The notes beneath the pieces are model-generated. The model worked only from the letters and a program-made list of their open reading frames with translations. It was not told the DNA's origin and made no database searches. Of a stretch of 64,000 nucleotides of DNA, positions 55,032 through 64,000 are shown one piece after another (the first letter of the stretch is position 1; every line of letters starts with the position of its first letter). A program made the position numbers and the translations under genes. The DNA comes from Akkermansiaceae bacterium (GTDB lineage Bacteria; Verrucomicrobiota; Verrucomicrobiia; Verrucomicrobiales; Akkermansiaceae). The DNA lies in the NCBI GenBank assembly GCA_028822935.1, contig JAPKCM010000021.1:3509-67508 (forward strand), read 5' to 3'.

Positions 55032-56395
55032 CCACCTATCCGCTTCATATCCTCGCGCAAGCGATGAATGGCCAGCTCCTGCACGCGCAGGAGAGCGGAG
55101 GACTCTTGGTCACTGCCGGAGTCTCGACTGATACCCGAGCGATTGAAGAAGGCTCTCTTTTCTTTGCGCTCAGAGGCGAGAATTTCGATGCCCATGATTT
55201 ACTCGATCAAGCTGGAGCCGCTGTGGCTCTCGTCATCGATGTTCCCGAGAAAGCACTAGCCGGGCGTCCTGCGATTGTGGTGGAGGATGTTCTTTCCGCA
55301 CTCCAGCGTTTGGCCCGATGGTATCTCGCCGGGCTCGATATTCCGGTGATTGCGATCACGGGTTCCAATGGCAAGACTTCGACGAAGGATTTTACCCGCT
55401 CGGTTCTTGCTCAGAAATCCCGCGTGAATGCCACTCTCGGTAACTTTAATAACCACATCGGTCTCCCGCTCACGGTGCTGGCCACGGAAAAGGATCACGA
55501 GGTCGCCATTTTGGAAATGGGGATGAATCACTCCGGTGAACTTTCGACCTTGTGCAAGATTGCCCCACCTGACATTTCGATCATCACCAATGTTGGCAGC
55601 GCTCACATCGAAAACCTGGGCAGCATCGAGGCCATTGCGGAAGAAAAGGGGACGGTTGCTCGTGAGCTTCAAGCAGAGGGCACCTTGCTGATTCCTGCCG
55701 ACTGTCAATTCGTAGAGCACTATCGTCGATGCACCAAAGGTCGCATCGTGATCGTTGGAAATGATCGCGGTTCGATCCGCGCTGAGAATCTTATCACTGA
55801 TGCCGAGGGTTCTCGCTTTGATCTCGTCATCGATGATCTCGGACGTATCGCCACAAGCATCCCGGTCACCGGAAAGCACATGGTGAGCAATGCTCTTCTT
55901 GCGGCCGGAGCAGGAGTGACGATGGGGCTGACCCTTGAAGAAATCGCCTACGGACTCTCCCAAACCCAGCTGACCAGCGGACGTTTGCGTCAGTATGATC
56001 ACGCTGGAATCACGATTATCGATGATACCTACAACGCGAACCCGGAATCAGTCTTCGCGGCCCTAGAAACCCTCGCGGCTCTTCCGGGTGAAGGCCGAAA
56101 GCTTGCGGTCCTCGGAATGATGGCCGAGCTGGGTGATTACGCCGAGAGTTCTTACCAACGCGTAGGCCGACTAGCTGCTGAAAAGAATCTTGCCTTGGTG
56201 GTCGTCGGCGAGGCTGCCGAGACCATCGCTACTTCGACTCGCGAGGCGGGTGGAAGTGCTGAATTTTTCCCCACGGCGGATGCTGCGGCATCCTTTCTTC
56301 CCCAACATTGCGCCTCAGGTGATCTGGTCCTCTTTAAGGGATCACGAGCTGCCGCCATGGAGCGCGTGATGCAAACTGCTTTCCCTCCAAACTAG
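55028..56395 (+). CDS. murF: UDP-N-acetylmuramoyl-tripeptide--D-alanyl-D-alanine ligase MurF
   Basis: ITGSNGKTSTKD, MGMNHSGE, DDTYNANP motifs. ATGA overlap with murE. Confidence 0.94.
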   Translation: MTTYPLHILAQAMNGQLLHAQESGGLLVTAGVSTDTRAIEEGSLFFALRGENFDAHDLLDQAGAAVALVIDVPEKALAGRPAIVVEDVLSALQRLARWYLAGLDIPVIAITGSNGKTSTKDFTRSVLAQKSRVNATLGNFNNHIGLPLTVLATEKDHEVAILEMGMNHSGELSTLCKIAPPDISIITNVGSAHIENLGSIEAIAEEKGTVARELQAEGTLLIPADCQFVEHYRRCTKGRIVIVGNDRGSIRAENLITDAEGSRFDLVIDDLGRIATSIPVTGKHMVSNALLAAGAGVTMGLTLEEIAYGLSQTQLTSGRLRQYDHAGITIIDDTYNANPESVFAALETLAALPGEGRKLAVLGMMAELGDYAESSYQRVGRLAAEKNLALVVVGEAAETIATSTREAGGSAEFFPTADAAASFLPQHCASGDLVLFKGSRAAAMERVMQTAFPPN

Positions 56396-57568
56396 ATGCT
56401 CTACTGGATTTACACACTTTGGAAAGATGCGCAGGCCAACGGTGCCGAGTGGGCTGAGACCTTTTCGTTTTTACGACTTCTGGGTTACATTACCTTTCGG
56501 GCCGGACTCGCGGCGACTCTCGCGTTTGCCCTCACCTTGGCGCTCGGCGGCCGAGTGATTCGTAAGCTCATTTCGCTTAAAGTAGGGCAGCCTATCCGCA
56601 CTGCGGCAGAGGTCCATAAACTCGCTGAGCTCCATGGCGGAAAAGCCGGAACTCCCACCATGGGTGGTATCATGATCCTTGGAACCATGTTGATCGCCGT
56701 TCTTGTTTGCGGCGACATCACCAATCCATTTCTCCTGGTGACTCTTGCGGTGACCTTCGCGCTCGGCGTTCTCGGTTTCCTTGATGACTACAAAAAGATC
56801 GTGGAAAAAAGTTCCGATGGTGTCAGTGGAAAGATGAAGATCCTCTGGCAAGCCGCCGTTGGGCTTGGTGCGACGGTCTTCCTTCTTAATAATCCACTCA
56901 CGAGCGAGTATCTCTTTTACTCCGGAGGGGAAATGGTCGAACCGACCACGGCCAAGGTAACATCGGTCAGCTTCCCGTTGTTGACCTTCGTCATTCCTCT
57001 TGGGCTTTTGGCTATTCCTTTCTTCGTTGCATTGCTGATTGGAACTTCCAATGCCGTAAACCTCACCGATGGCCTCGATGGTCTTGCGACCGGTGTTACG
57101 ATCACGGTGGCGATGGCTTATGCCATCATTTGCTATCTCAGTGGCACTCAGCCCGCCGCTGAGTATCTTAATATTTTCTACAACGCCCACCTCGCCGAAC
57201 TTTCCATTCTAATGATGGCGCTTGTCGGGGCAGGCCTCGGCTTCCTCTGGTTCAATTGCCATCCCGCAAAAGTCTTCATGGGCGATACCGGATCACTGGC
57301 AATTGGTGGCGCGATTGGCATGACGGCGATCTGCGCCAAGCAGGAGCTGCTCCTCGTGATCATCGGTGGCGTTTTCGTGATGGAAGCAATGTCGGTCATC
57401 CTGCAAGTCGGTTCCTTCAAGCTCCGGGGAAAGCGCATCTTCGCGATGGCTCCCATTCATCATCATTTCGAACTCCGGGGCTGGCATGAGAACCAGGTCA
57501 TCATGCGCTTCTGGATTATCTCAATCCTCCTCAGTCTCTTCGGAATTGCTCTCTTAAAAGTCATCTAA
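56396..57568 (+). CDS. mraY: Phospho-N-acetylmuramoyl-pentapeptide transferase MraY
   Basis: GTPTMGG, NAVNLTDGLDGLA, MGDTGSLAIGG, PIHHHFE motifs; 390 aa. Confidence 0.96.
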   Translation: MLYWIYTLWKDAQANGAEWAETFSFLRLLGYITFRAGLAATLAFALTLALGGRVIRKLISLKVGQPIRTAAEVHKLAELHGGKAGTPTMGGIMILGTMLIAVLVCGDITNPFLLVTLAVTFALGVLGFLDDYKKIVEKSSDGVSGKMKILWQAAVGLGATVFLLNNPLTSEYLFYSGGEMVEPTTAKVTSVSFPLLTFVIPLGLLAIPFFVALLIGTSNAVNLTDGLDGLATGVTITVAMAYAIICYLSGTQPAAEYLNIFYNAHLAELSILMMALVGAGLGFLWFNCHPAKVFMGDTGSLAIGGAIGMTAICAKQELLLVIIGGVFVMEAMSVILQVGSFKLRGKRIFAMAPIHHHFELRGWHENQVIMRFWIISILLSLFGIALLKVI

Positions 57569-58878
57569 TGCTCGATCTTACCAGTCAGAATGTCGCCATT
57601 TTAGGCGCGGGACGCAGTGGCCTTGCCGCTGCGAAACTCGCGTCTCGTTGTGGTGCTTTGGTTACGGTGTTCGATTCGCGCGGGCCGGAAGTCTTCGCCT
57701 CGTTTCCTGAGGAATTAAAGACCCATGCCAATGCCAATGCTGAAACCGGTGCGGCCACGCTTTCTGATCTCGTCATTATCAGCCCGGGAATCGAAACCCA
57801 GGGAGAATTTGCGCAGTCCTTCGCCGTCAATAGCGGTGGACTCTGGGGGGAAATCGAACTCTCCTGGCGCTGTTACGCTGGCAAGACCATCGGGATCACC
57901 GGAACCAATGGAAAAACGACGACTGCCGAACTTGTCAACATTCTCGTGCGTGCAACCAGTAAGAGCTGTCAGCCCTGCGGAAACTACGGAGTGCCCTTTG
58001 CGGAGGTTGTTCTGCAAGACGAGGTTCCCGAGGTGGTTGCTCTTGAGCTGAGTTCCTTCCAGCTGGAAACGACGGTCGATTTTAAACCCGACGCCGTCAT
58101 TTGGCTCAATTTCTCAGCGGACCACATGGATCGCTACCACGATCTCATGGAATACTTTGAGGCCAAGCAACGCATTTTTGCCAAAGTCGATGACGAGACT
58201 CTCGTTGTGATTCGAGAAGGAGAGACGCTCCTTGCTCTTCCTGGATTACTAGGAAAAATTACGACCTTCTCGACCGAAGAAGAAGCCGATTGGTTCCTGC
58301 GGGGCGACGACATTTTCTGCGGAGGCTCTCACTTCATTGACGTGAGTAAAACCCGCCTCCGTGGTCTCCATAATGCGGAGAATCTTATGGCTGCTTGCGC
58401 TGTGGTCGAGGGACTCACTCCCGAAGTCGCGCAAGCTGCGCTCGCTGATTATGCGCCTCCCGTTCATCGCTGCGAGCTGGTGGGAATTCTTGATCAAGTT
58501 GAATGGCTCAATGATTCCAAGGCGACCAATCTCCATGCCTTGGAAGCCGCGCTCCGTTCGCAAAACCGCCCGACCATTTTGATCGCAGGAGGAAAGGAAA
58601 AGGGGCTCGACTATCAGCTGCTAGCACCCCTCCTCGCTGAAAAGGTCACTCAAGCGATTTTCTTTGGCGAGATTGGGGCTTCCTTGGCCGGCACCTTCTT
58701 CGATATCGTGCCCTGCGAAACGGTCGACACTCTCAAAGAAGCGGTGAAGTTTGCCGCCCAAAAAACGAAGCCCGGAGACACCGTGCTTTTTTCCCCAGGC
58801 ACCTCTTCCTTTGATCAATTTACCGGCTACGAAGCGCGTGGAGACGCCTTTAAATCTGCCGTCCTTTCTCTTCCATAA
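57568..58878 (+). CDS. murD: UDP-N-acetylmuramoylalanine--D-glutamate ligase MurD
   Basis: VAILGAGRSG, ITGTNGKTTT, NDSKATN motifs; 436 aa. Confidence 0.94.
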   Translation: MLDLTSQNVAILGAGRSGLAAAKLASRCGALVTVFDSRGPEVFASFPEELKTHANANAETGAATLSDLVIISPGIETQGEFAQSFAVNSGGLWGEIELSWRCYAGKTIGITGTNGKTTTAELVNILVRATSKSCQPCGNYGVPFAEVVLQDEVPEVVALELSSFQLETTVDFKPDAVIWLNFSADHMDRYHDLMEYFEAKQRIFAKVDDETLVVIREGETLLALPGLLGKITTFSTEEEADWFLRGDDIFCGGSHFIDVSKTRLRGLHNAENLMAACAVVEGLTPEVAQAALADYAPPVHRCELVGILDQVEWLNDSKATNLHALEAALRSQNRPTILIAGGKEKGLDYQLLAPLLAEKVTQAIFFGEIGASLAGTFFDIVPCETVDTLKEAVKFAAQKTKPGDTVLFSPGTSSFDQFTGYEARGDAFKSAVLSLP

Positions 58879-58905
58879 TTCTCTCATCAAAAACCCAACC
58901 AACCG

Positions 58906-59784
58906 ATGAAACTTAACCCAGAACTCCAGAAAAAAAGAAAAGCTCCGAAAGGCCCCGGCTTGCGCATCTTGAATGCTTCGACCGGAAATCATAAGCGCCG
59001 TAAGCAACGTGCCGCGACTGCCACCGCCGATGATCTTGGCGAAGTGCCCGGCGTCGGTGTTGCCCGTGCCTTGATTGTTATTTTGCTCCTGCACGTTGTC
59101 GCGATCGGCGGCATCGCCTGGCACAGCAAGTGGAGCAAAGAGAATGTTCTCAAGGCCACTCCATCGGCTGCTACGAAACCAAGTGAAAGCGAAAAGCCCA
59201 GGCTGGTCCCAGGAGGGAAGCATGGCTTCGTCGAGCGCGGCGACAACTACCTCATCATTGCTGGCAAGCACGGGGTCGATGTCGATGCCTTGAAAGCGGC
59301 GAATAATTCGGCGGCCCTCTCTCCCGGACTGCGGATCAATATTCCACCACGGCGGGTGGAGGCTACCACGCCTTCCGAGTTGGTTATTGGTGATCGGACT
59401 CCAGCCGTTTCTATTCCTCGGGTTAGTCTCCTGGAGCCTTCCCTCATTCAGTCTGGCCCGAACGAGACTCAGCAAGGAAGCCGTCCCGGTCCTCTTGTAG
59501 CTGTCGAGTCGACTCTTCCTTCTCGACCGGCTCCTGAAAGTGAACCTGTCCTGATCAAACCTCGTATTCGTCACCTCGAAGCGCCGACGCCCAAGGTGGC
59601 TCCTCGTGCCATTCCTGTTGATGAGCCTCTTTCGGGTAAGACTCATTTTGTTGTCAAGGGCGATAGCATCTGGGGGCTTTCCAAGAAGTTTGGCGTGTCT
59701 GAGGAGAGCCTCATGTCGACCAATGGGATCTCAGATCCCACCAGACTCCGCCTCGGAGTCACCCTCAAGATTCCCGTTCGTTAG
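58906..59784 (+). CDS. Bitopic membrane protein with two LysM peptidoglycan-binding domains
   Basis: Basic cytoplasmic N-terminus and TM helix (ALIVILLLHVVAIGGIAW). LysM 1: FVERGDNYLIIAGKHGVDVDALKAANN...LRINIP. LysM 2: HFVVKGDSIWGLSKKFGVSEESLMSTNGISDPTRLRLGVTLKIP. Confidence 0.8.
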   Translation: MKLNPELQKKRKAPKGPGLRILNASTGNHKRRKQRAATATADDLGEVPGVGVARALIVILLLHVVAIGGIAWHSKWSKENVLKATPSAATKPSESEKPRLVPGGKHGFVERGDNYLIIAGKHGVDVDALKAANNSAALSPGLRINIPPRRVEATTPSELVIGDRTPAVSIPRVSLLEPSLIQSGPNETQQGSRPGPLVAVESTLPSRPAPESEPVLIKPRIRHLEAPTPKVAPRAIPVDEPLSGKTHFVVKGDSIWGLSKKFGVSEESLMSTNGISDPTRLRLGVTLKIPVR

Positions 59785-59789
59785 TCCCC

Positions 59790-60932
59790 ATGGGAAAAGG
59801 TGCCTCCATCTTCCTTTGTTTCGCTGTAGCCGCTCTCATCACCGTGGGCTTGGTGATGCTGGCGAGTGCGAGCGCGAAGTGGGACACCAATGATGAGCAA
59901 TACGTTTACCTCACTCGTCAAGCCCGTTGGTTGGTCGTCGGCATGGTGGGGCTAGGGCTGATTGCTTTCATGGACTACCGCTTTCTTAAGAAGGGTGCCC
60001 CTTACTTCTTCGGAATAGCCGTTCTGGCTCTCATCGGTTGTTACATTCCTGGGATTGGGGATGCCGCGAAAGGAGAGAGTCGCTGGATTGTTCTTCCCTT
60101 GCTGGGTCGTTTTCAGCCATCCGAACCCGCCAAATTAGTGGTGATGATTGCGCTGGCCGCTTGGTTTGCCAAGCATCAGGCAGAGACGAAAACTCTGATC
60201 AAAGGTTTCATTGCCCCCGGTCTCATTCTGGGAATTCCGCTTCTTCTCATCCTCTTTGAGAAGGACATGGGAACTGCGGTCGGTCTCGGTGCCGCAGGTT
60301 TGATAGTCCTCTTTATCGCCGGAACGCGCATCTGGTATCTCGCACCCACGATTGCTGCTGGTGCCGTGGGATTTGTCCTGATGGTTCAAAACAGCCCCAA
60401 CCGCATGGAGCGTTGGAAAGCATTTCTTGAGCCCGAAAAATACCGCGAAGGTGCCGGATGGCAGCAAGCGATGGCGCTTGAAGCCTTCGGGAATGGCGGC
60501 CCTTCGGGAGTGGGACTCGGCAATGGCATCGTCAAGCAGATGAACTTTCCGGAGCATCATACCGACTTTATTTTCCCGGTCATCGGTGAGGAATTGGGTC
60601 TCATCGTGACTTTGGGGATCGTCTTTTGTTTCGTTGTCATCTTTCTCGTGGGCGTTGGGATTTCCCTCCATGCCTCTGATCTCTTCGGTCGCATTCTGGG
60701 CTTGGGGGTCACCGGAATCATCGTCGTTCCAGCGATGATGAATATCGGAGTAACCACCTCCATGATTCCCAACACCGGACTCCCGCTTCCCTTCGTGAGT
60801 TATGGTGGATCGAACCTCGTCTTCACCCTCGCGATGGTCGGCGTCCTCTTGAGCATTCTCAGGCGATCTGTCATCGTCGACCGACGAGAGATCCCGGCGG
60901 TGAAGGAGAAGAAGGTGGAGCTGCGTCTCTGA
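59790..60932 (+). CDS. ftsW: SEDS-family peptidoglycan glycosyltransferase FtsW
   Basis: 10-TM SEDS pattern: QPSEPAKL, FPEHHTDFIF, LPFVSYGGSN. dcw context. Confidence 0.9.
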   Translation: MGKGASIFLCFAVAALITVGLVMLASASAKWDTNDEQYVYLTRQARWLVVGMVGLGLIAFMDYRFLKKGAPYFFGIAVLALIGCYIPGIGDAAKGESRWIVLPLLGRFQPSEPAKLVVMIALAAWFAKHQAETKTLIKGFIAPGLILGIPLLLILFEKDMGTAVGLGAAGLIVLFIAGTRIWYLAPTIAAGAVGFVLMVQNSPNRMERWKAFLEPEKYREGAGWQQAMALEAFGNGGPSGVGLGNGIVKQMNFPEHHTDFIFPVIGEELGLIVTLGIVFCFVVIFLVGVGISLHASDLFGRILGLGVTGIIVVPAMMNIGVTTSMIPNTGLPLPFVSYGGSNLVFTLAMVGVLLSILRRSVIVDRREIPAVKEKKVELRL

Positions 60933-61000
60933 GGGAGAGTTGCAGTCAGTTTCCCCTGAGGTGCTGATCATGGACAGGGAGTCCGTGCGATAGCGCGGCG

Positions 61001-61792
61001 CTACTTCACCGCAGCCGGCCCCCAGACTTCCTTCATGACAGCGAAGGCCTTGGGGTCGAATTCCTTCAGCTCGGCAGCGACGAAGGGGTAGAAATCATTG
61101 TGGTAAAGATAGGCCTCGGTGGCTTCGGCGAAGTATTCCTTGTGATTGGTGGCGGCGTAGTGGCGCACGGTGCGCCCCGTGTAGAGTTTTACTTTTTCAA
61201 GGATCCCTTTTTCCATGGCAGCGTCGTAAGCAGCGATGATCTTCTTGTCATCAAAGCTCAGGATCTGGTCGTGGTAGGCGTGGGCCAATTCGTGGAGGAT
61301 GACGGCCGGATGCTTGAGCAGTTGGTCGCGCGAGAAAAGGGCGGCGGCGCGGGTGATGTGGACTTTTTTAGCCAAGCGGGTGTCGTATCCGCGGCTTTCC
61401 AGCCAGTCTGCTCCGGGATGGTATTGCATGCCCGTGAGTTCAGGATGTTGATGTTCGAGCCAGATCTCCATCTTTTTCATCTTGGTCAGGGGCTCTTCCG
61501 GGAGGAGGATGGAAATTCGCTGAAGATGGTTGGCTAACATCTTGATCGCCTTCACGCCTTCTTCCTCGTTTTTGCCACCTTTGAGAAGGGAGGCATCGAC
61601 ATGGACGGTCCAACCTTCGATGTTTTTCTGCACGGGTTCGATCCAGCCGATTTTCTTAGGTGGGGTCTCGTGCTTCTTATCGCCTAAGGCAAACCAGGCG
61701 GAAGAAGCAAGGACGACGAGTGGGGCGGTGAGACGAATGAGACGTCGCGAAAAAGAGCGCGGACGCGAAAGGGAAGTAGATTTGGAAAACAT
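61001..61792 (-). CDS. Secreted HExxH zinc-metallopeptidase-like protein (gluzincin; MtfA/ATLF-like)
   Basis: Hydrophobic leader LIRLTAPLVVLASSAWF. HELAHAYH followed by NHKEYFAEATEAYL, a candidate third-ligand Glu region. Confidence 0.6.
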   Translation of the reverse strand: MFSKSTSLSRPRSFSRRLIRLTAPLVVLASSAWFALGDKKHETPPKKIGWIEPVQKNIEGWTVHVDASLLKGGKNEEEGVKAIKMLANHLQRISILLPEEPLTKMKKMEIWLEHQHPELTGMQYHPGADWLESRGYDTRLAKKVHITRAAALFSRDQLLKHPAVILHELAHAYHDQILSFDDKKIIAAYDAAMEKGILEKVKLYTGRTVRHYAATNHKEYFAEATEAYLYHNDFYPFVAAELKEFDPKAFAVMKEVWGPAAVK

Positions 61793-61865
61793 AGGATCAA
61801 GGGAGTTTACGGATTACCGACCCGCAGTATTGCATCCTGTTCTGGGAATCTATTGACTGCCACTT

Positions 61866-63434
61866 ATGAAACATCTTCAGATTGCTTTTGCGATGATCAT
61901 GAATCTGTCGCTCGGCGCGGCAGAAAAGAAACCGAACATTCTCCTGCTCTTTGCTGATGATCTGGGGCGCTATGCTTCAGCCTATTCGAGCGATTCACAA
62001 CCTTCGGTCAACGACATCATCTCAACGCCGACCTTTGATCGTCTCGCAGCTGAGGGAGTGCTCGCGACGAATGTATTTGTTTCCGCGCCATCGTGTTCGC
62101 CTTGTCGTGCGTCTTTGATTTCCGGGAGACATTTCTTCACAAATGGTTCCTGTTCGCAGTTGCATCACCGGTGGCACGGGCCTGATGAGACTGATCCTTG
62201 GAATGAGATCACCGGTTATGCCGAGATCCTTCAGAAAAATGGCTACCACATTGGGCTGACGCATAAGGATCATGTTCGCGGCAAGCGCTTTGGACCGCAG
62301 TTCAACAAGGCCGGCCGCAAGGTGAATTCGTTTTCGCAGAATGTCAGCAAATCCAAGGATGTGCCGAAGGGTAAGGAAGCGCTTTATGAAGAATGCCGTG
62401 CGAACTTCCGCAACTTCCTCGCGAAGCGTAAAAAAGATCAACCGTTTCTTTATCACTTTCATCCCACCAATCCCCATCGTTCGTGGACGAGAGGTTCTGG
62501 AAAAAATCTCTGGAATCTCGATCCGGAAAAATTGAAGGGCAAGATGCCGACCTTCCTTCCCGACGTTCCGGTGGTGCGTGAGGACTTGGCCGACTACCTC
62601 GGCGAGGCAATGGCCTTTGATGAATGCTGCCGCGTTCTCCTCGAGGTCCTTAAGGCGACGGGCGAATATGATAACACGCTCATTGTGATCTCCGGTGATC
62701 ACGGAGCCCCCGGATTTCCGCGTGGTAAAACCAATTGTTACGACTTCGGCGCGAGGGTTCTTTTTGCGGCTCGCTGGCCGGAGAAGATCCAGGCGGCCCA
62801 GACTTTAAAAAAGCCGATCTCGCTCATCGATCTTGCTCCGACTTTCCTCGCGGCGGCCGGGCTTGAGAAAGCTGATACCATGCATGGTGAAAATCTTCTC
62901 CCTGCTCTGGGTTCAGGCGATCACTCCGGCCTCCGCTCATGGGCACTCATTGGTCGGGAAGTTCATGTCGAGTCCGCCCGGGCCCGCCAGTTGCCTTATT
63001 CCATGCGGTCGATCCGGACCGCTGATCACCTCTACATTATCAATTTCACCCCGGATCGCGAACCCATGGGTGATCTTCTGGCACTTACGAAAGGACCTCT
63101 TGATTTTGATGCTCTCGCAAAAAACACCCGTCTCACCTACGCTGATGTTGATGCCGGTCCGACCAAGGCTTTTATGGTGCTTAACCGCGATAAGCCCGAG
63201 TTTAAAACCCAATGGGATCTTGGCTTCGGACCACGTCCTGCCGAGGAGCTCTACGAACTCAAGAATGATCCCCACCAAATCAAGAATCTCGCGGGCGATG
63301 CGAAGCATGACGAAATTAGAGTAGTTCTCCGTGCGAAGCTAATGGCTGAACTGACAAAGCACAACGACCCCCGTTTGAATGGCAATCAGTTTGATTACCC
63401 ACCCTACTGCAAGCAGGGGTTGGAGAAGAAGTGA
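61866..63434 (+). CDS. Sulfatase (formylglycine-dependent arylsulfatase family)
   Basis: Signal peptide, NILLLFADDLG, sulfatase signature SAPSCSPCRASLISGRH (C-x-P-x-R), GDHG; 522 aa. Confidence 0.9.
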   Translation: MKHLQIAFAMIMNLSLGAAEKKPNILLLFADDLGRYASAYSSDSQPSVNDIISTPTFDRLAAEGVLATNVFVSAPSCSPCRASLISGRHFFTNGSCSQLHHRWHGPDETDPWNEITGYAEILQKNGYHIGLTHKDHVRGKRFGPQFNKAGRKVNSFSQNVSKSKDVPKGKEALYEECRANFRNFLAKRKKDQPFLYHFHPTNPHRSWTRGSGKNLWNLDPEKLKGKMPTFLPDVPVVREDLADYLGEAMAFDECCRVLLEVLKATGEYDNTLIVISGDHGAPGFPRGKTNCYDFGARVLFAARWPEKIQAAQTLKKPISLIDLAPTFLAAAGLEKADTMHGENLLPALGSGDHSGLRSWALIGREVHVESARARQLPYSMRSIRTADHLYIINFTPDREPMGDLLALTKGPLDFDALAKNTRLTYADVDAGPTKAFMVLNRDKPEFKTQWDLGFGPRPAEELYELKNDPHQIKNLAGDAKHDEIRVVLRAKLMAELTKHNDPRLNGNQFDYPPYCKQGLEKK

Positions 63435-63535
63435 TCAAGAGAGATCTCGTTTCTTTACCTGGCTTTCCTCATGTTTTTTGTCGTCCCAATCGATTTTTAA
63501 CAACGATCTTGCAAAAATTATTGCCTCTAAAATTA

Positions 63536-64000
63536 GTGATATCTCGAATCAAAATCATCCTTAAAAAAGTTCCTCTTCTCGTTGGATCCTTAGCCTTCGT
63601 GTCATGCACAGCGCCCGCTCCTTTGAGTCCTTTTGTGGACGGAGTTCCCATCATGTCTCGCGACAAGTCGACCTCCTTTCAGCGTTCCTGGATGAAGCCG
63701 GGAGTCTCCTTTGACAAGTATCGGCAGGTCTATATTGCACCGACAAATACCGACTACACGAAGATAAAGTTGGCCGTCTTAAATTCCCGGCGACTCTTAA
63801 ACGGGGGATACCAAAAGGACATTGTGCGGGAAGGGGTCAATTTCCAGAAGAATTTTTCGAATGCTTTTGAGCAGTCGAAGAAGCGAAATTGGGTCGTTGT
63901 TGATCAGTTCACGAAAGATCGCCGAACACTCAAGGTCGAGACTGCTCTCGTGCAGATGACTCCTTCGCGTGTTGAGTTGGAAGCAGCCGGTTATGTCGTG
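63536..64000 (+). CDS. Lipoprotein (DUF3313-like?), partial; continues beyond the right edge
   Basis: Manual translation from GTG 63536 gives (M)ISRIKIILKKVPLLVGSLAFVSC TAPAPLSPF..., with lipobox FVSC. The frame is open through 64000 (...VQMTPSRVELEAAGYVV). It is not in the ORF track because there is no stop in the window. Alternative starts are TTG 63521 and ATG 63653. Confidence 0.55.
   Translation, partial: MISRIKIILKKVPLLVGSLAFVSCTAPAPLSPFVDGVPIMSRDKSTSFQRSWMKPGVSFDKYRQVYIAPTNTDYTKIKLAVLNSRRLLNGGYQKDIVREGVNFQKNFSNAFEQSKKRNWVVVDQFTKDRRTLKVETALVQMTPSRVELEAAGYVV

Noticed and set aside
63469-63666. 65-aa minus-strand ORF near the right edge
   Set aside because: It is antisense to the lipoprotein signal-peptide region of the partial plus-strand gene. 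The plus-strand frame has a clear lipobox and stays open to the window end.

Overview
Gene-dense 64-kb chromosomal window, mid-50s % GC by eye, with coding on both strands and mostly housekeeping content. The gene content suggests a PVC-group bacterium, probably Verrucomicrobiota; this is an inference. The supporting features are a PEP-CTERM tail, an SHD1 domain, a sulfatase, many secreted or lipoprotein hypotheticals, and a dcw cluster with extra envelope genes.

Main blocks:
- clpX-ispE-pgeF and a marR-family gene
- a murI-methyltransferase-tilS-lipoprotein operon
- padR plus a giant membrane protein
- rplI
- a ppiD-like-TPR-metG operon
- a yyaL-like gene, nadD-scpA and metF
- hisS-aspS and ribE
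- manC-like-ruvX-truA and rfbB
- a terC-mauE/doxX-pyrF-MBL-kinase-like string
- htrA-ompA-like
- a dcw cluster: mraZ-rsmH-ftsL-ftsI-murE-murF-mraY-murD-(LysM protein)-ftsW
- a metallopeptidase-like gene, a sulfatase and a partial lipoprotein gene at the right edge

I found no rRNA, tRNA, CRISPR array, transposase, integrase or phage genes. Many adjacent genes overlap as ATGA, GTGA or TAATG, which indicates translational coupling.

Most interesting observations:
1. A PadR regulator is paired with an 863-aa protein with the order HAAS-like N-terminus, polytopic membrane region, VIT-like segment, vWA-like segment, PEP-CTERM tail.
2. Several envelope or accessory genes are interrupted by in-frame stops or frameshifts. 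A type I restriction hsdR gene is reduced to an N-terminus/C-terminus fusion remnant.
3. A canonical terminator with no annotated gene follows a 32-codon sORF upstream of the ppiD-like gene.
4. About 700 bp of lower-GC, structured non-coding DNA lies between htrA and mraZ, with repeated TACTTTG boxes at the mraZ promoter.
5. A bitopic double-LysM protein sits inside the dcw cluster, and the cluster stops after ftsW.

All family assignments come from motif recognition by eye. No database search was run.
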